The notes: a model not told the origin generated them from the letters alone. 64,000 nt of DNA from Alphaproteobacteria bacterium (GCA_022820945.1 JAJEEP010000040.1:47536-111535), one strand, 5' to 3'; counted from the first letter of the stretch, positions 40,609-50,841 are shown. Numbers and translations are program-made.

Positions 40609-43013
40609 CCGCAACCGGGGAATCAGGCTGGATTGGCCGCTCGCTGGAGCGGCGCGAGGACGCGCGTCTGCTCACGGGCCAGGGCGAATATCTGGCCGAT
40701 GTCCGCGTGCCCGACTGCCTGTACCTCCGCTTCGTCCGCTCCAGCCACGCGCACGCGAAGATCAGGGACATCCGGCTGGAGGCAGCGCTCGCGATGCCTG
40801 GCGTGGTCGGCGCCATTACCGGCGCCGAGCTCTCGACAGAGATGCAGGGCCAGAAGATCCCGGTGCTGATCCCCGCCTTCCCCGCCAGGTACCGGCAGTA
40901 CTGGCCGCTCGCCGTGGACGAGGTGTACTGGCACGGCGAGCCGCTGGCCGCGGTCGTGGCGGAAGACAAGTACGTCGCCGAGGACGCCGCCGCCGCCGTG
41001 GAGGTCGATTACGAGCCGCTCCCCGTCGTCACCGACCCCGAGGCCGCGCTGCAGGATGGCGCGCCCCGCGTCTACGACGACTGGGACGACAACGAGATTT
41101 TTGGCACCAGCTATACCGGTGGCTTCGAGCCGGACGAGATCGCGAAGAACGACGCCGAGGTCGAGGCGCTGTTCGCCGAGGCCGACGTGGTGCTCAGGCA
41201 GCGCTTCCGCACCCAGCGCTGCGGCGTCTGCCCGATCGAGACCCGGGGGGCGCTTGCCACCTGGAGCGAGACCGACGGGCTCACCGTCCACCTGACGACG
41301 CAGCGCCCGCATATCGAGCGCCTCGCCCTTGCAGACCTTCTCGAGCTTTCAACCGCCGATGTTCGGGTCATCGCCCCGCGCGACCAGGGCGGCGGCTTCG
41401 GGGTCAAGGCGCCATTCTATCGCGAGCATGTCGTGGTCTGTCATCTCGCGCGCAAGTTGGGGCGCCCGGTGCGCTGGATCGAGACCCGCGAAGAGCACCT
41501 GATGACGGTCAGCCAGGAGCGCGACCAGATCCACGACCTCGAAATCGCGACGGACAAGGAGGGCCGCATCCACGCGCTCCGCAATCGCGGCATCGGCGAC
41601 GTGGGCGACGGGCGCCAGGGGGTCTACTGGGGCTTCGTCATGCCCTCGCTGGGCTCGGTGATGCTGCCTAACGCCTATGCCATCGACCGCGCCGACATCA
41701 AGCTGCGCTGCGCGGTCACCAACAAGACCTGCGTTAGCCCGTCGCGCTCGTTCGGCGCCCTGCCGACGCGCTTCGCGCTGGAGCGCGGCCTCGACATGCT
41801 GGCCCGCAAGCTCGGCCTGGAGACCGCCGCCCTCAAGCGAAAGAACCTGGTCACCGAGTTTCCCTTCACCAGCGTGACCGGGGTCCATCACGACAGCGGC
41901 AACTACGTGAAGGCCTGGGACACGCTGGTGGAGAGGGTCGATCTCGCCGGCTTTCGCGCGGCGCAGGAGGAGGACCGCGCCTCGGGGCGCTACATCGGGA
42001 TCGGCTTCGCCTGCGGCGCCGAGTTCTCCGGCATTCCGTCCGACGTGCTCGTGCCGCTGGAGAACCAGCCGGGCTACGGCGTGGTCACCATGCGCATCGA
42101 CCCGCGCGGCAAGGTCGCGATCCACGAAGGCGACGCACCGCAGGGCCAGAGCCACGAGACCACCATGGCGCAGGTCGCCGCGGACGCCTTCGGCATCCAC
42201 CCCGACGACGTGAGCGTGCGCCACGGCGATACCGGCACGACGCCGCTCAGCTCCGGCACTGTCGGCGCGCGCGGGGCCTCCTACACCGTCGCCGCCATCG
42301 CCGAGGCCGCCGCCGCTCTCAAGGCCAAGATGGCGCGCTACTTGATCCACGATCACGGGCTGGACGGAGCGACCGCCGACGACTTCAGCTTCACGGGCGG
42401 CGCGGTGATCTACGAGAAGGACGGAAACATCCAGCGCGAGTTCGGTGCGCTCGCGGATCGTATCGTCATGGGCTCGGTCAACGTGCCGCCCGGCGAGGAC
42501 CCGGGGCTCGAGCACACGGCCTACTTCGAGGCGCCCAAGCCCATGATCTGCTTCACCGCGCACGCCGCCAGGGTCGAGGTGGACATCGAGACCGGGCAGT
42601 TCGTCATCCTCGACTACACCACCTGCGAAGACGTCGGCACGGTCATCAACCCCATCGTCGTCGAGGGGCAGGTCCAGGGCGGCGTCGTGCAGGGCATGTC
42701 GAACGCCATGTTCGAAGAATTCCTCTACGACGAGAACGGCCAGCAGCTGACGGCGGACTTCGAGAATTATCGCCTCGCCTCTGCGGCGGATGTCCCGACC
42801 GTGACCGTGGGCCACTCGCCGACGCCATGCCCGGACCATCCTCTGGGCGTGCGTGCCGTGGGCGAAGGCCGGCCGGGACCGGTGCCCGGCGCGCTCGCCA
42901 ATGCCATCTGCGACGCGCTCGTGCCATTCGGAGTCGAGATCACGACGCTCCCGCTCAAGCCCGAGACGATTCTCGCCTTGATCGAGGCTGGCCGCGCCGG
43001 TAACGGTGGTTAG
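40605..43013 (+). CDS. molybdopterin-binding large subunit, xanthine/CO dehydrogenase family (set 1)
   Basis: RREDARLLTG.G.Y..D, GGGFG.K, DSGNY, PQGQ.HET, GDT, D.GTVINP..VEGQ.QGG, catalytic VGE. ATG overlaps the coxS stop. Confidence 0.93.
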   Translation: MTATGESGWIGRSLERREDARLLTGQGEYLADVRVPDCLYLRFVRSSHAHAKIRDIRLEAALAMPGVVGAITGAELSTEMQGQKIPVLIPAFPARYRQYWPLAVDEVYWHGEPLAAVVAEDKYVAEDAAAAVEVDYEPLPVVTDPEAALQDGAPRVYDDWDDNEIFGTSYTGGFEPDEIAKNDAEVEALFAEADVVLRQRFRTQRCGVCPIETRGALATWSETDGLTVHLTTQRPHIERLALADLLELSTADVRVIAPRDQGGGFGVKAPFYREHVVVCHLARKLGRPVRWIETREEHLMTVSQERDQIHDLEIATDKEGRIHALRNRGIGDVGDGRQGVYWGFVMPSLGSVMLPNAYAIDRADIKLRCAVTNKTCVSPSRSFGALPTRFALERGLDMLARKLGLETAALKRKNLVTEFPFTSVTGVHHDSGNYVKAWDTLVERVDLAGFRAAQEEDRASGRYIGIGFACGAEFSGIPSDVLVPLENQPGYGVVTMRIDPRGKVAIHEGDAPQGQSHETTMAQVAADAFGIHPDDVSVRHGDTGTTPLSSGTVGARGASYTVAAIAEAAAALKAKMARYLIHDHGLDGATADDFSFTGGAVIYEKDGNIQREFGALADRIVMGSVNVPPGEDPGLEHTAYFEAPKPMICFTAHAARVEVDIETGQFVILDYTTCEDVGTVINPIVVEGQVQGGVVQGMSNAMFEEFLYDENGQQLTADFENYRLASAADVPTVTVGHSPTPCPDHPLGVRAVGEGRPGPVPGALANAICDALVPFGVEITTLPLKPETILALIEAGRAGNGG

Positions 43014-43067
43014 CCCCGCCGGCCCGGAGCGGATACCTGGGACGGCCTGCGCGCAACGGATGAGTTC

Positions 43068-45110
43068 ATGAGCCTGCGAATTGCCATCGATACCGGGGGA
43101 ACGTTCACGGACGTCATCGCTATCGACGAGACGACGGGCGAGCAGCTTGCCATCAAGACGCCGAGCACGCCCGATGACCCCAGCCGGGGCCTGATCAACG
43201 GCATTGAGGAAGTCCTCGGCGAGCGGGACGCAAGCCTGAGCCAAATCCTGCACGGCACGACGACGGCGACCAACGCGGTATTGCAGCACCGTTTCGAAGG
43301 CCTTGGCCTGCTCGTGACGGCCGGCTTTCGGCACATCATCGAGATCGCGCGCCAATCCGTGCCCGACGGCTACGGCAACTCCTTCTTCTGGGTGAAGCCG
43401 CCGCGGCTCGTGCCCCTGCACCTCGTGCAAGAGGTGACGGAGCGCTTGAGCTACGACGGCTCCGTCATGACGCCTCTCGACGAAAAGAGCGTGATCGAGG
43501 CGGTGGACCATCTCGTGGACTTCGGCGTCACGCGCATCGCCGTCTGCCTGCTCCATTCCTACGCGAATCCGACGCACGAGCAGCGCGTCGGCGCGATCAT
43601 CGAAGAGCATTTCCCGGACACGTTCGTGTCGCTGTCCTCGGTCGTCCTCCCCGAATACCGCGAGTACGAGCGGGCGATGACGACTCTGATCGACGTGATG
43701 GTGAAGCCCTATTGCCAGACCTATCTCGGGCGTGCCCGCGACAGGATCGCCGAAGGTTCGGGCGACAAGCCCTTCCTGATCATGCAGTCCAACGGCGGCA
43801 TCGTCTCCAGCGAGGCGGCCGGCGAGAAGCCTGTGACGATGCTTTTGTCGGGGCCTGCGGGGGGCGTGCTCGGGGCCACCCACATGGCGAGCCTGGCCGG
43901 CTACCGCGACATCCTGACGCTGGATGTCGGCGGCACGTCCACCGATGTCTCGCTCGTGCGCGGGCTCACGCCGCAACTCTCCACACACACCACCGTCGAG
44001 CACTACCCGGTCAAGACACCCATGCTGGACGTGGTGGCGGTCGGCGCGGGCGGGGGCTCCCTGGCCTGGATCGATCCGTACGGCGCGCTCAAGGTCGGCC
44101 CGCAGAGCGCGGGCGCCGATCCTGGCCCCATCTGCTACCGGCGCGGCGGAACCGAGCCTACGGTGACGGACGCAGGCGTGGTGCTGGGGCGCCTGCCGGG
44201 TGCGCTGATCGGCGGTGGGCTCAAGCTCGATGTCGATGCCGCGCGGAGCGCCTTCGAGACTCTCGGCGAGACGCTCGGCCTCTCGGCAGAGGAAGCGGCC
44301 GCCGGCGTGCTCGAAATCGCGGCCTCCAACCAGGTCCAGGGCATTCGCCAGGTGACGACGACGCGCGGTCTCGACCCCGGCGACTATGCCATGATCGCCT
44401 TCGGCGGCGCGGGCGGGCTGTTCGCCGCCGATGTGGCCGACTTTCTCGGAATCAAGACCGCGGTCTCGCCGCCCAATCCGGGCAATCTCTCGGCCTTCGG
44501 CCTGCATGTCTGCGACATCAAGCGCGACTACGTGCGCACGCTGGTGCGCCAGCAGTCGAGCGCCACCGTCGACGAGCTTGACGGGTTGTGGGCAGAGCTG
44601 GAGCAGCTGGGCCGCGACGAAATCGCGGCCGAGGGCGTGGCGCGCGACGCGATCGTGCTCGAACGCAGCGCCGACGTCCGCTACGTTGGCGAGGGCCATG
44701 AGGTGCTGGTTCCCATTCCGGCCGGCCTTTCCGGAGGCGACGCCGTCGAGCACATGTGGTCGGACTTTCACCGGGTTCACGACGACACCTTCGGCTTCCA
44801 TTACGAGGGCAGCCAGGACGTCGAGGTCGTGAGCCTGCGCGTGCAGGCAATCGGGCGCATGCACCGTCCGGACGTGCGGACGATCGAGCCGGGAGCGGAC
44901 GCGCCCGGTCCTGCCGGAGCGCGCGATGTCTACTGGCGCGGGCGGGGCTGGATATCCTGCCCGATCTGGCGCCGGGAGGGATTGTCCCGCGGCTTCGCCA
45001 CACAAGGGCCGGGCATCGTCGAGGAGTACGGCTCGACCCTGGTCGTGCCCGAGGGCTGGGCGCTCCGGAACGACGACTACGGCAACCTCATCCTGGAGAA
45101 AATGGCATGA
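43068..45110 (+). CDS. hydantoinase A/5-oxoprolinase-family ATP-binding subunit (pair 2)
   Basis: IDTGGTFTD, HGTT.ATNA, PEYREYER, MQSNGG, LSGPAGG, DVGGTSTD, GAGGGS, GPQSAGADPGP, FGGAG. Confidence 0.94.
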   Translation: MSLRIAIDTGGTFTDVIAIDETTGEQLAIKTPSTPDDPSRGLINGIEEVLGERDASLSQILHGTTTATNAVLQHRFEGLGLLVTAGFRHIIEIARQSVPDGYGNSFFWVKPPRLVPLHLVQEVTERLSYDGSVMTPLDEKSVIEAVDHLVDFGVTRIAVCLLHSYANPTHEQRVGAIIEEHFPDTFVSLSSVVLPEYREYERAMTTLIDVMVKPYCQTYLGRARDRIAEGSGDKPFLIMQSNGGIVSSEAAGEKPVTMLLSGPAGGVLGATHMASLAGYRDILTLDVGGTSTDVSLVRGLTPQLSTHTTVEHYPVKTPMLDVVAVGAGGGSLAWIDPYGALKVGPQSAGADPGPICYRRGGTEPTVTDAGVVLGRLPGALIGGGLKLDVDAARSAFETLGETLGLSAEEAAAGVLEIAASNQVQGIRQVTTTRGLDPGDYAMIAFGGAGGLFAADVADFLGIKTAVSPPNPGNLSAFGLHVCDIKRDYVRTLVRQQSSATVDELDGLWAELEQLGRDEIAAEGVARDAIVLERSADVRYVGEGHEVLVPIPAGLSGGDAVEHMWSDFHRVHDDTFGFHYEGSQDVEVVSLRVQAIGRMHRPDVRTIEPGADAPGPAGARDVYWRGRGWISCPIWRREGLSRGFATQGPGIVEEYGSTLVVPEGWALRNDDYGNLILEKMA

Positions 45111-47026
45111 GCGCAGGAACCGCCAGGGGTGCAAGGTCTCCGCTCGGCCCGATCGAGCTCGAGGTCATCACCGGAACGATCCGCACCGCCGAGCTCGAAA
45201 TCGAGGCGGCGGTCGAGCGAACCGCGCGCTCGCCGATGATCCGGGATCAGCACGACTATCGGGTGGCGCTCTTCGATGCGAAGGGGCGCAAGCTGACCGG
45301 GCGCTCCTATGCCGCCCTGGTCGAGCCGGTCTTCGAGTATTTCGACGAGGGCGACATCCACCCGGGCGACATCTTCTTCTGGAACGACCCCTACAACAGC
45401 GCCGGCGGCATCGGGCACATCCCCGATCTCTGCACGACGATCCCCATCTTCCACGGCGACCGGCTGATCGGCTTCAGCCAGGTTTTCGGCCACCACGACG
45501 ACGTGGGCGGCTCGGTTCCCGGCAGCCTTCCGACCCACGCTACCGACATGTGGACGGAAGGATTGGTGGTGCCGCCCATCAAGATTTACGAACGCGGGAC
45601 GATCAACGAGGCGGTCTTCAAGATTATCTCGCGCAACTCGCGCCTCTCCGAGCATCTGCGCGGCGACCTCGATGCCGAAATCGGCGCCGCCAGGCTCGGC
45701 AGCCAGCGCATCGTGGCCTTGGCCGAACGCTATGGCGTCGATGCACTGGAGGCCGCTTACGACGCCATCATCGAAAACTGCGCGGAGACCATACGCCGCG
45801 AGCTACTCCCCATGATCCGGGACGGCGTCTATTCCTGGGAAGACTATATCGAGGATGACGGCGTCGAAGGCCCGCAGATGCATACGCTGCGGCTGACGAT
45901 GACCAAGACTGCCGACAAGATCGTGCTCGACTTCACGGGCACCTCGAAGGAAGCGAAGGGGCCGATCAACTGGCCGATCGATTACGCCGACGGAAAGTTC
46001 GCGCGCAAGTGGATGGGGCCGGTGCTCCGCTCGCTCGCGGCCACGCCCGAGCGGGCGGCCGAGATCGACATGAACGAGGGCGTGCTGGACGTCATCGAGC
46101 TGAAGTTCCCGCCCAAGGGAACACTTGTCACGCCGAGCTTCGGAAAGGCAACGGGTCTGCGCTTCTTCCCGCTGCTGCGCTCGCTTGGAATCTTTGCGGC
46201 CCTGCTGGCCAAGGCGACCGATGGGCGTATGCCGGCCGATCACGAGACGATCCGAATCTGGGGCCTGCATGGCGGGCGAATCGGGCATGACTTCTTCCTG
46301 TTCCGCGAGGTGCTCGGCGGCGGTGGACCGGGCCGCCCCTGGGCGGACGGCAGCGATGTCGTTCATGTGGTGCCGAACTCGCGCAACCTGCCGGCCGAGT
46401 TCTCGGAGACCCGCTACCCCGTCATCGTCGAGCGCCTGGGCCTCGCGACGGATTCGGGCGGGGCTGGCTGCCGGCGCGGCGGTTTCGGCTACGACAAGCG
46501 GGTCAGGGCACTCGAAGACTGCGAGGCGCTCTCCAACGCCGACCGCGCGCTGATCAACACTTATGGCGTTAACGGCGGCAAGTACGGGGGCACCTACGGC
46601 CTGGAGATCGACAATCCCGACGGCACGCGGCGCACGGTGGCCGGCATGGACGACCGCGTCGAGGTCGCCGCCGGCTCGACCATCAGGATCCGGACGACGG
46701 GCGGCGGCGGCTGGGGCGACCCGCTCGCGCGTGAGCCCGAGATGGTGTGCTACGACGTGCAGTGCGGCCTGGTCTCGGAGCAGGCGGCGCGCGACGACTA
46801 TGGCGTCGTGCTGGGGCGCGAGGGCCGGCGCTACACGGTCGACCAGGATGCGACCGACCGCTTGCGCGGGCGCATGAAGGCCGACCGCGGGCCGCTCCCC
46901 ATGTTCAGCCGCGGGCCCTATTTCGAGGAAATGAAGCGCAACAAGGGGATCGCCCGCCCGCCCGGCCACGACGACCCCGACGACGGCTGGTTCGCCGGCG
47001 GCATGGTCCCGGAGGCGGCGGAGTGA
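45107..47026 (+). CDS. hydantoinase B/5-oxoprolinase-family subunit (pair 2)
   Basis: RTARSP.IR...D, NDPY...GG.GH.PD, HHDDVGG.VPGS, EGL.VPP, DSGGAG.RRGG.G, GGGGWGDPL.R, A.DDYGVV. ATGA overlap with the A subunit. Confidence 0.93.
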   Translation: MSAGTARGARSPLGPIELEVITGTIRTAELEIEAAVERTARSPMIRDQHDYRVALFDAKGRKLTGRSYAALVEPVFEYFDEGDIHPGDIFFWNDPYNSAGGIGHIPDLCTTIPIFHGDRLIGFSQVFGHHDDVGGSVPGSLPTHATDMWTEGLVVPPIKIYERGTINEAVFKIISRNSRLSEHLRGDLDAEIGAARLGSQRIVALAERYGVDALEAAYDAIIENCAETIRRELLPMIRDGVYSWEDYIEDDGVEGPQMHTLRLTMTKTADKIVLDFTGTSKEAKGPINWPIDYADGKFARKWMGPVLRSLAATPERAAEIDMNEGVLDVIELKFPPKGTLVTPSFGKATGLRFFPLLRSLGIFAALLAKATDGRMPADHETIRIWGLHGGRIGHDFFLFREVLGGGGPGRPWADGSDVVHVVPNSRNLPAEFSETRYPVIVERLGLATDSGGAGCRRGGFGYDKRVRALEDCEALSNADRALINTYGVNGGKYGGTYGLEIDNPDGTRRTVAGMDDRVEVAAGSTIRIRTTGGGGWGDPLAREPEMVCYDVQCGLVSEQAARDDYGVVLGREGRRYTVDQDATDRLRGRMKADRGPLPMFSRGPYFEEMKRNKGIARPPGHDDPDDGWFAGGMVPEAAE

Positions 47027-47892
47027 AGCCGCCGCTGTTCGAGTATGTGGCGCCGCACAGCATCGAAGAAGCGCTGGAGGCCCTGGCGAGCGACGACATG
47101 GCGAGGCCGCTCGCGGGCGGCCAAAGCCTGATCCCCACGATGAACTTTCGCATCGCGGCTCCTTCCAGGCTGGTGGACCTTGCGCGGATCGATGCGCTCA
47201 AGGGGCACGCGGTCGAGGGGGACGTCATCAGGGTGGGCGCGATGACCCGCCAACGGGATCTCGAACGCGACGAGGCGGTGCGCCGCGCGAATCCCCTGAT
47301 TGCGGAAGTCCTGAGCAACGTCGCCCACATAGTCATTCGCAATCGCGGCACGGTGGGCGGCAGTATCGCCCACGCCGACGCCGCGGCGGAGCTACCCTGC
47401 ATGTTGCTGGCAACGGGCGGCTCGGTCGTGGCGCACCGCGCCGGGGGCGAGCGAACGATCGCCGCCGACGACCTCTTCCTGTTTCACATGACGACGGCGC
47501 TAGAGGCAGGCGAACTGCTGATCGAGGTCCGCATACCGACCCTTCCCCCCTCCACGGGTTACGCCTTCCAGGAGGTCGCGCGCCGCCACGGCGACTACGC
47601 ATTGGCCGGCGTCTGCGCGCTGGTGACGCTCGAGGACGGCGTCTGCACCGCCGTACGTCTTGCGGCCTGCGGAGTCGCTTCGAAACCCACGCGCCTTGCC
47701 GAGGCCGAGGCCGCGTTGCTGGGCGCCCCGCCTGAGGGGGAGGCCCTCGCGCGCGCTGCCTCGGCGGCGCGCGACGGCGCGACGGCGGCCGATGACCGTC
47801 AGGCCAGCGCTGACTACCGCAAGGACCTCGTGGCAGCACTGGTGCGGCGTACTGTAGCCAAGGCCGCCGAGCGGGCACGGGAGCGCGCGTGA
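47023..47892 (+). CDS. molybdenum hydroxylase FAD-binding medium subunit (CoxM-like, set 2)
   Basis: KPP.FEY.AP.S..EA, LAGGQSLIP.MNFR, IRNRGTVGGSIAHAD.AAELP, E.ARRHGDYA, ASADYR. GTGA overlap. Confidence 0.93.
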   Translation: MKPPLFEYVAPHSIEEALEALASDDMARPLAGGQSLIPTMNFRIAAPSRLVDLARIDALKGHAVEGDVIRVGAMTRQRDLERDEAVRRANPLIAEVLSNVAHIVIRNRGTVGGSIAHADAAAELPCMLLATGGSVVAHRAGGERTIAADDLFLFHMTTALEAGELLIEVRIPTLPPSTGYAFQEVARRHGDYALAGVCALVTLEDGVCTAVRLAACGVASKPTRLAEAEAALLGAPPEGEALARAASAARDGATAADDRQASADYRKDLVAALVRRTVAKAAERARERA

Positions 47893-48425
47893 TGGCTAGG
47901 TCGGCGGCGCGGAAGAAATTGCTTGGGCAGTCTCCCGATCCACAGGTAGCGGTGTCGATGACGGTCAACGGCGAGCGGGTCGAGCGCGAGGTCAGCCCCC
48001 GCCTGCTGCTGAGCGACTTCGTCCGCCACGAGCTTGGCCTGACGGGCACTCACGTCGGCTGCGAGCATGGCGTGTGCGGGTGCTGCACGGTGATCATCGA
48101 CGGAAAGGCCGGGCGGTCCTGCCTTGCCTTTGCCGTCCAGGCCGACGGCGCCGACATTCGAACGATCGAGAGCGTCGCGGCGCCCGACGGCACGCTTCAC
48201 CCTGTCCAGCGGGCCTTTCGCGAGTGTCACGGGCTGCAATGCGGCTACTGCACGCCGGGCTTCGTCATGTCGATCGTAGATTACCTCGAAGACAATCCCG
48301 ATCCAGACCTTTCGGAGGACGCCATTCGCGAGGTCCTCTCAGGCAACCTGTGCCGGTGCACGGGCTATAAAAATATCGTCGCCGCCTTTCGCCGCGGCGC
48401 CGAGTTGATGCGCGGCTCGCGATAG
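47889..48425 (+). CDS. molybdenum hydroxylase [2Fe-2S] small subunit (CoxS-like, set 2)
   Basis: LTGTHVGCEHGVCGCCTV, RSCL, HGLQCGYCTPG, GNLCRCTGY. Confidence 0.94.
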   Translation: MMARSAARKKLLGQSPDPQVAVSMTVNGERVEREVSPRLLLSDFVRHELGLTGTHVGCEHGVCGCCTVIIDGKAGRSCLAFAVQADGADIRTIESVAAPDGTLHPVQRAFRECHGLQCGYCTPGFVMSIVDYLEDNPDPDLSEDAIREVLSGNLCRCTGYKNIVAAFRRGAELMRGSR

Positions 48426-48444
48426 AGAAACGGAGACCCTGGAC

Positions 48445-50841
48445 GTGTCGACGCGCCAGTTCGGCGAGCCAATTGCACGCAACGCCGATGCTGCCCTCCT
48501 GCGCGGCGAGGGAAGCTTCATCGATGACATCGACCTTCCCGGCGCGCTCCATGCGGCGTTCGCCCGCAGCATGGTCGCCAGAGCGAAGATCCGCGCGATC
48601 GACACCAGCGCCGCGGAATCGCTCGACGGCGTGGTCAAGGTCTACACATGCGACAACATCGGCGCGCTCGATGCCCCGCTGCCGTTGCTGATACCGGCTC
48701 CCGACCTCACCCATCCGAAGACCCAGCGCCCGCTGGCCCGCGACGATGTGTTCTATGTCGGGCAGTGCATTGCGATGGTGGTGGCGGTCGACCGCTACGT
48801 CGCCGAGGATGCGGTGCGCCTGATCGATATCGACTACGATCCCCTGCCGGTCGAGTTGGACCTCGAAAAGGCGGTGAGCGACGACGCCCCGCGCGTGCAT
48901 CCGGACGTGCCCAACAACACCGCCGGAAACTTTTGCGTAGAGACCGGGGATACCGACGCGGCATTCGCGGAGGCCGAGCACGTCACGCGGGTCAAGATCC
49001 GCCTGGAGCGCAGCACGGCGGCGCCGATGGAATGCCGCGCCATCGCGGCGCGTTGGGAAGCCGTGACCGGAGAACTCACCGTGTGGGACGGCACGCAGGC
49101 GACACTCTCGGTACGCGGCGGCCTGGCCTCATTGTTCCGCATCGATGAGGACAAGGTGCGCGTGATCGCGCCCAATGTGGGCGGTGGCTTCGGTCAGAAG
49201 ATCATGATGTTTCACCCGGACGAGGTTCTGGTGCCGCTGGCTTCGATGGAGCTTGAGCGCCCGGTCAAGTACATCGAGGACAGGGTCGAGAACTTCATCG
49301 GCGCTTCTCAGGAGCGCACGCAGATCCACACGCTCGAAATCGCGGCCACGAAGGACGGCCGGGTGATCGGCCTCAAGGATGACTTCCTGCATGACACGGG
49401 CGCATTCATTCCTTACGGAATTGCAGTCGCCCACGTGAGCTCGACGTCGATCGCGGGCCCTTACCGCATCCCGAACTTCCGGGTCACGTTCCGCCCGGTC
49501 TATCTGCCGATGGTGCAGGTGACGCCCTACCGCGGCTGCGGCCGGCCGCATGCCTGCTACGCCATCGAGCGCGCCATGGATCAGCTCGCGGACGAGCTCG
49601 GCCTCGACCGTTTCGAGGTCCGCCGAAGAAACTTCATCGGGAAGGACGAGTTTCCCTATCCGCGCGAAGGCCTGATCTTCGCCGACGGTCTCCAGGTCAT
49701 CTACGACAGTGGCGACTACGAGGAGGCGCTTGAGCAGCTGGAGCAGGCGATCGATGTCGAGGGCTTTCGCGCGGAGCAGTCAGCGTCCCGCGAGGAGGGG
49801 CGCTATCTCGGCCTCGGCTTCGGGTTCTATGTCGAGGGAACCGGGCTCGGCCCCTACGAAGGCGGGCATATCAAGATTCACCCGATCACAGGCAAGATCT
49901 ACGTCAACACCGGGCTGACGGACCAGGGCCAGGGCCACGAGACGGTGTTCGCGCAAATCGCCGCCGAGCAGACTGGGGCACGCGTCGAGGACGTGATCGT
50001 CGTCGAAGGCAACACTGGCGCCTTCGAATGGGGGGTGGCGACCTTCGCGAGCCGCGCGGCGGTGTGCAGCGGCAACGCGATCCACATGGCGGCGGTGAAG
50101 GCGCGCGCGCAGATCGTCGAGGCGGCAGCCAACATGATGGAGTGCAGCCAGTCGGATATCGATCTCCACGACGGTGCGGCGTGGGTGAAGGGGACCGACC
50201 GCCGCGCGACGCTGGCGGAGATCGCGACCGCGACCAACCCGCTGCGCTATGCCTTCAACGAACCCTCCAAGAGCGCCACGCAGTTCGCGCCGGCGAGCCG
50301 TCACGACGGGCCGCAGCTTGCCGAAGGCAGGACTCCGGGAATCGAGGCGACCGACTACTACAGCCCACCCCACGCGACCTGGGCCTTCGGCGCTCATGCG
50401 GCCGTGATCGAAGTCGATCCCGAACTCTGCACGATCGATGTGAAGCGATACGTTTGCATTCACGATTGCGGGCGGATGATCAACCCGACCATCGTGGACG
50501 GCCAGGTGATGGGCGGGATCGCGCAGGGCGTGGGCGGCGCGTTCTACGAGCGCTGCGAGTTCGACGAAGAGGGAACCCCGCTCAACGCCAATTTCATGGA
50601 CTTCCTGATGCCCTACGCGACCGAGGTGCCCAACGCGGAGATCATGCACTCGGAGACGCCGTCGCCCCTCAATCCGCTTGGCGTGAAGGGCGTCGGCGAG
50701 GCCGGCACCATTCCGGTCGCGCAGGTCTACGCGTCAGCGGTGGAGGATGCCCTGCAACCCTTCGGGATCGCGCCAATCCGCGAGGCGCCGCTGACGCCGG
50801 ACGCCATTCACAGGATGCTCAGGCAGGCGCGCGACGCCTAA
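48445..50841 (+). CDS. molybdopterin-binding large subunit, form II CoxL-like (set 2)
   Basis: VGGGFGQK, PYRGCGRP loop, YDSGDY, YVEGTG.GPYEG, QGQGHET, TFASR, HDCG..INP..VDGQ..GG, NPLGVKGVGEAG. Confidence 0.93.
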   Translation: MSTRQFGEPIARNADAALLRGEGSFIDDIDLPGALHAAFARSMVARAKIRAIDTSAAESLDGVVKVYTCDNIGALDAPLPLLIPAPDLTHPKTQRPLARDDVFYVGQCIAMVVAVDRYVAEDAVRLIDIDYDPLPVELDLEKAVSDDAPRVHPDVPNNTAGNFCVETGDTDAAFAEAEHVTRVKIRLERSTAAPMECRAIAARWEAVTGELTVWDGTQATLSVRGGLASLFRIDEDKVRVIAPNVGGGFGQKIMMFHPDEVLVPLASMELERPVKYIEDRVENFIGASQERTQIHTLEIAATKDGRVIGLKDDFLHDTGAFIPYGIAVAHVSSTSIAGPYRIPNFRVTFRPVYLPMVQVTPYRGCGRPHACYAIERAMDQLADELGLDRFEVRRRNFIGKDEFPYPREGLIFADGLQVIYDSGDYEEALEQLEQAIDVEGFRAEQSASREEGRYLGLGFGFYVEGTGLGPYEGGHIKIHPITGKIYVNTGLTDQGQGHETVFAQIAAEQTGARVEDVIVVEGNTGAFEWGVATFASRAAVCSGNAIHMAAVKARAQIVEAAANMMECSQSDIDLHDGAAWVKGTDRRATLAEIATATNPLRYAFNEPSKSATQFAPASRHDGPQLAEGRTPGIEATDYYSPPHATWAFGAHAAVIEVDPELCTIDVKRYVCIHDCGRMINPTIVDGQVMGGIAQGVGGAFYERCEFDEEGTPLNANFMDFLMPYATEVPNAEIMHSETPSPLNPLGVKGVGEAGTIPVAQVYASAVEDALQPFGIAPIREAPLTPDAIHRMLRQARDA

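Noticed and set aside
41349-45134. 1261-aa minus-strand ORF
   Set aside because: It is the antisense shadow of coxL1 and hydantoinase A2. It has no motifs, and long stop-free antisense frames are expected with high-GC codon bias.
39207-50841. Aerobic CO dehydrogenase (CO oxidation) call
   Set aside because: Neither large subunit has AYxCSFR and no coxDEF genes are present; these are generic Mo-hydroxylases.
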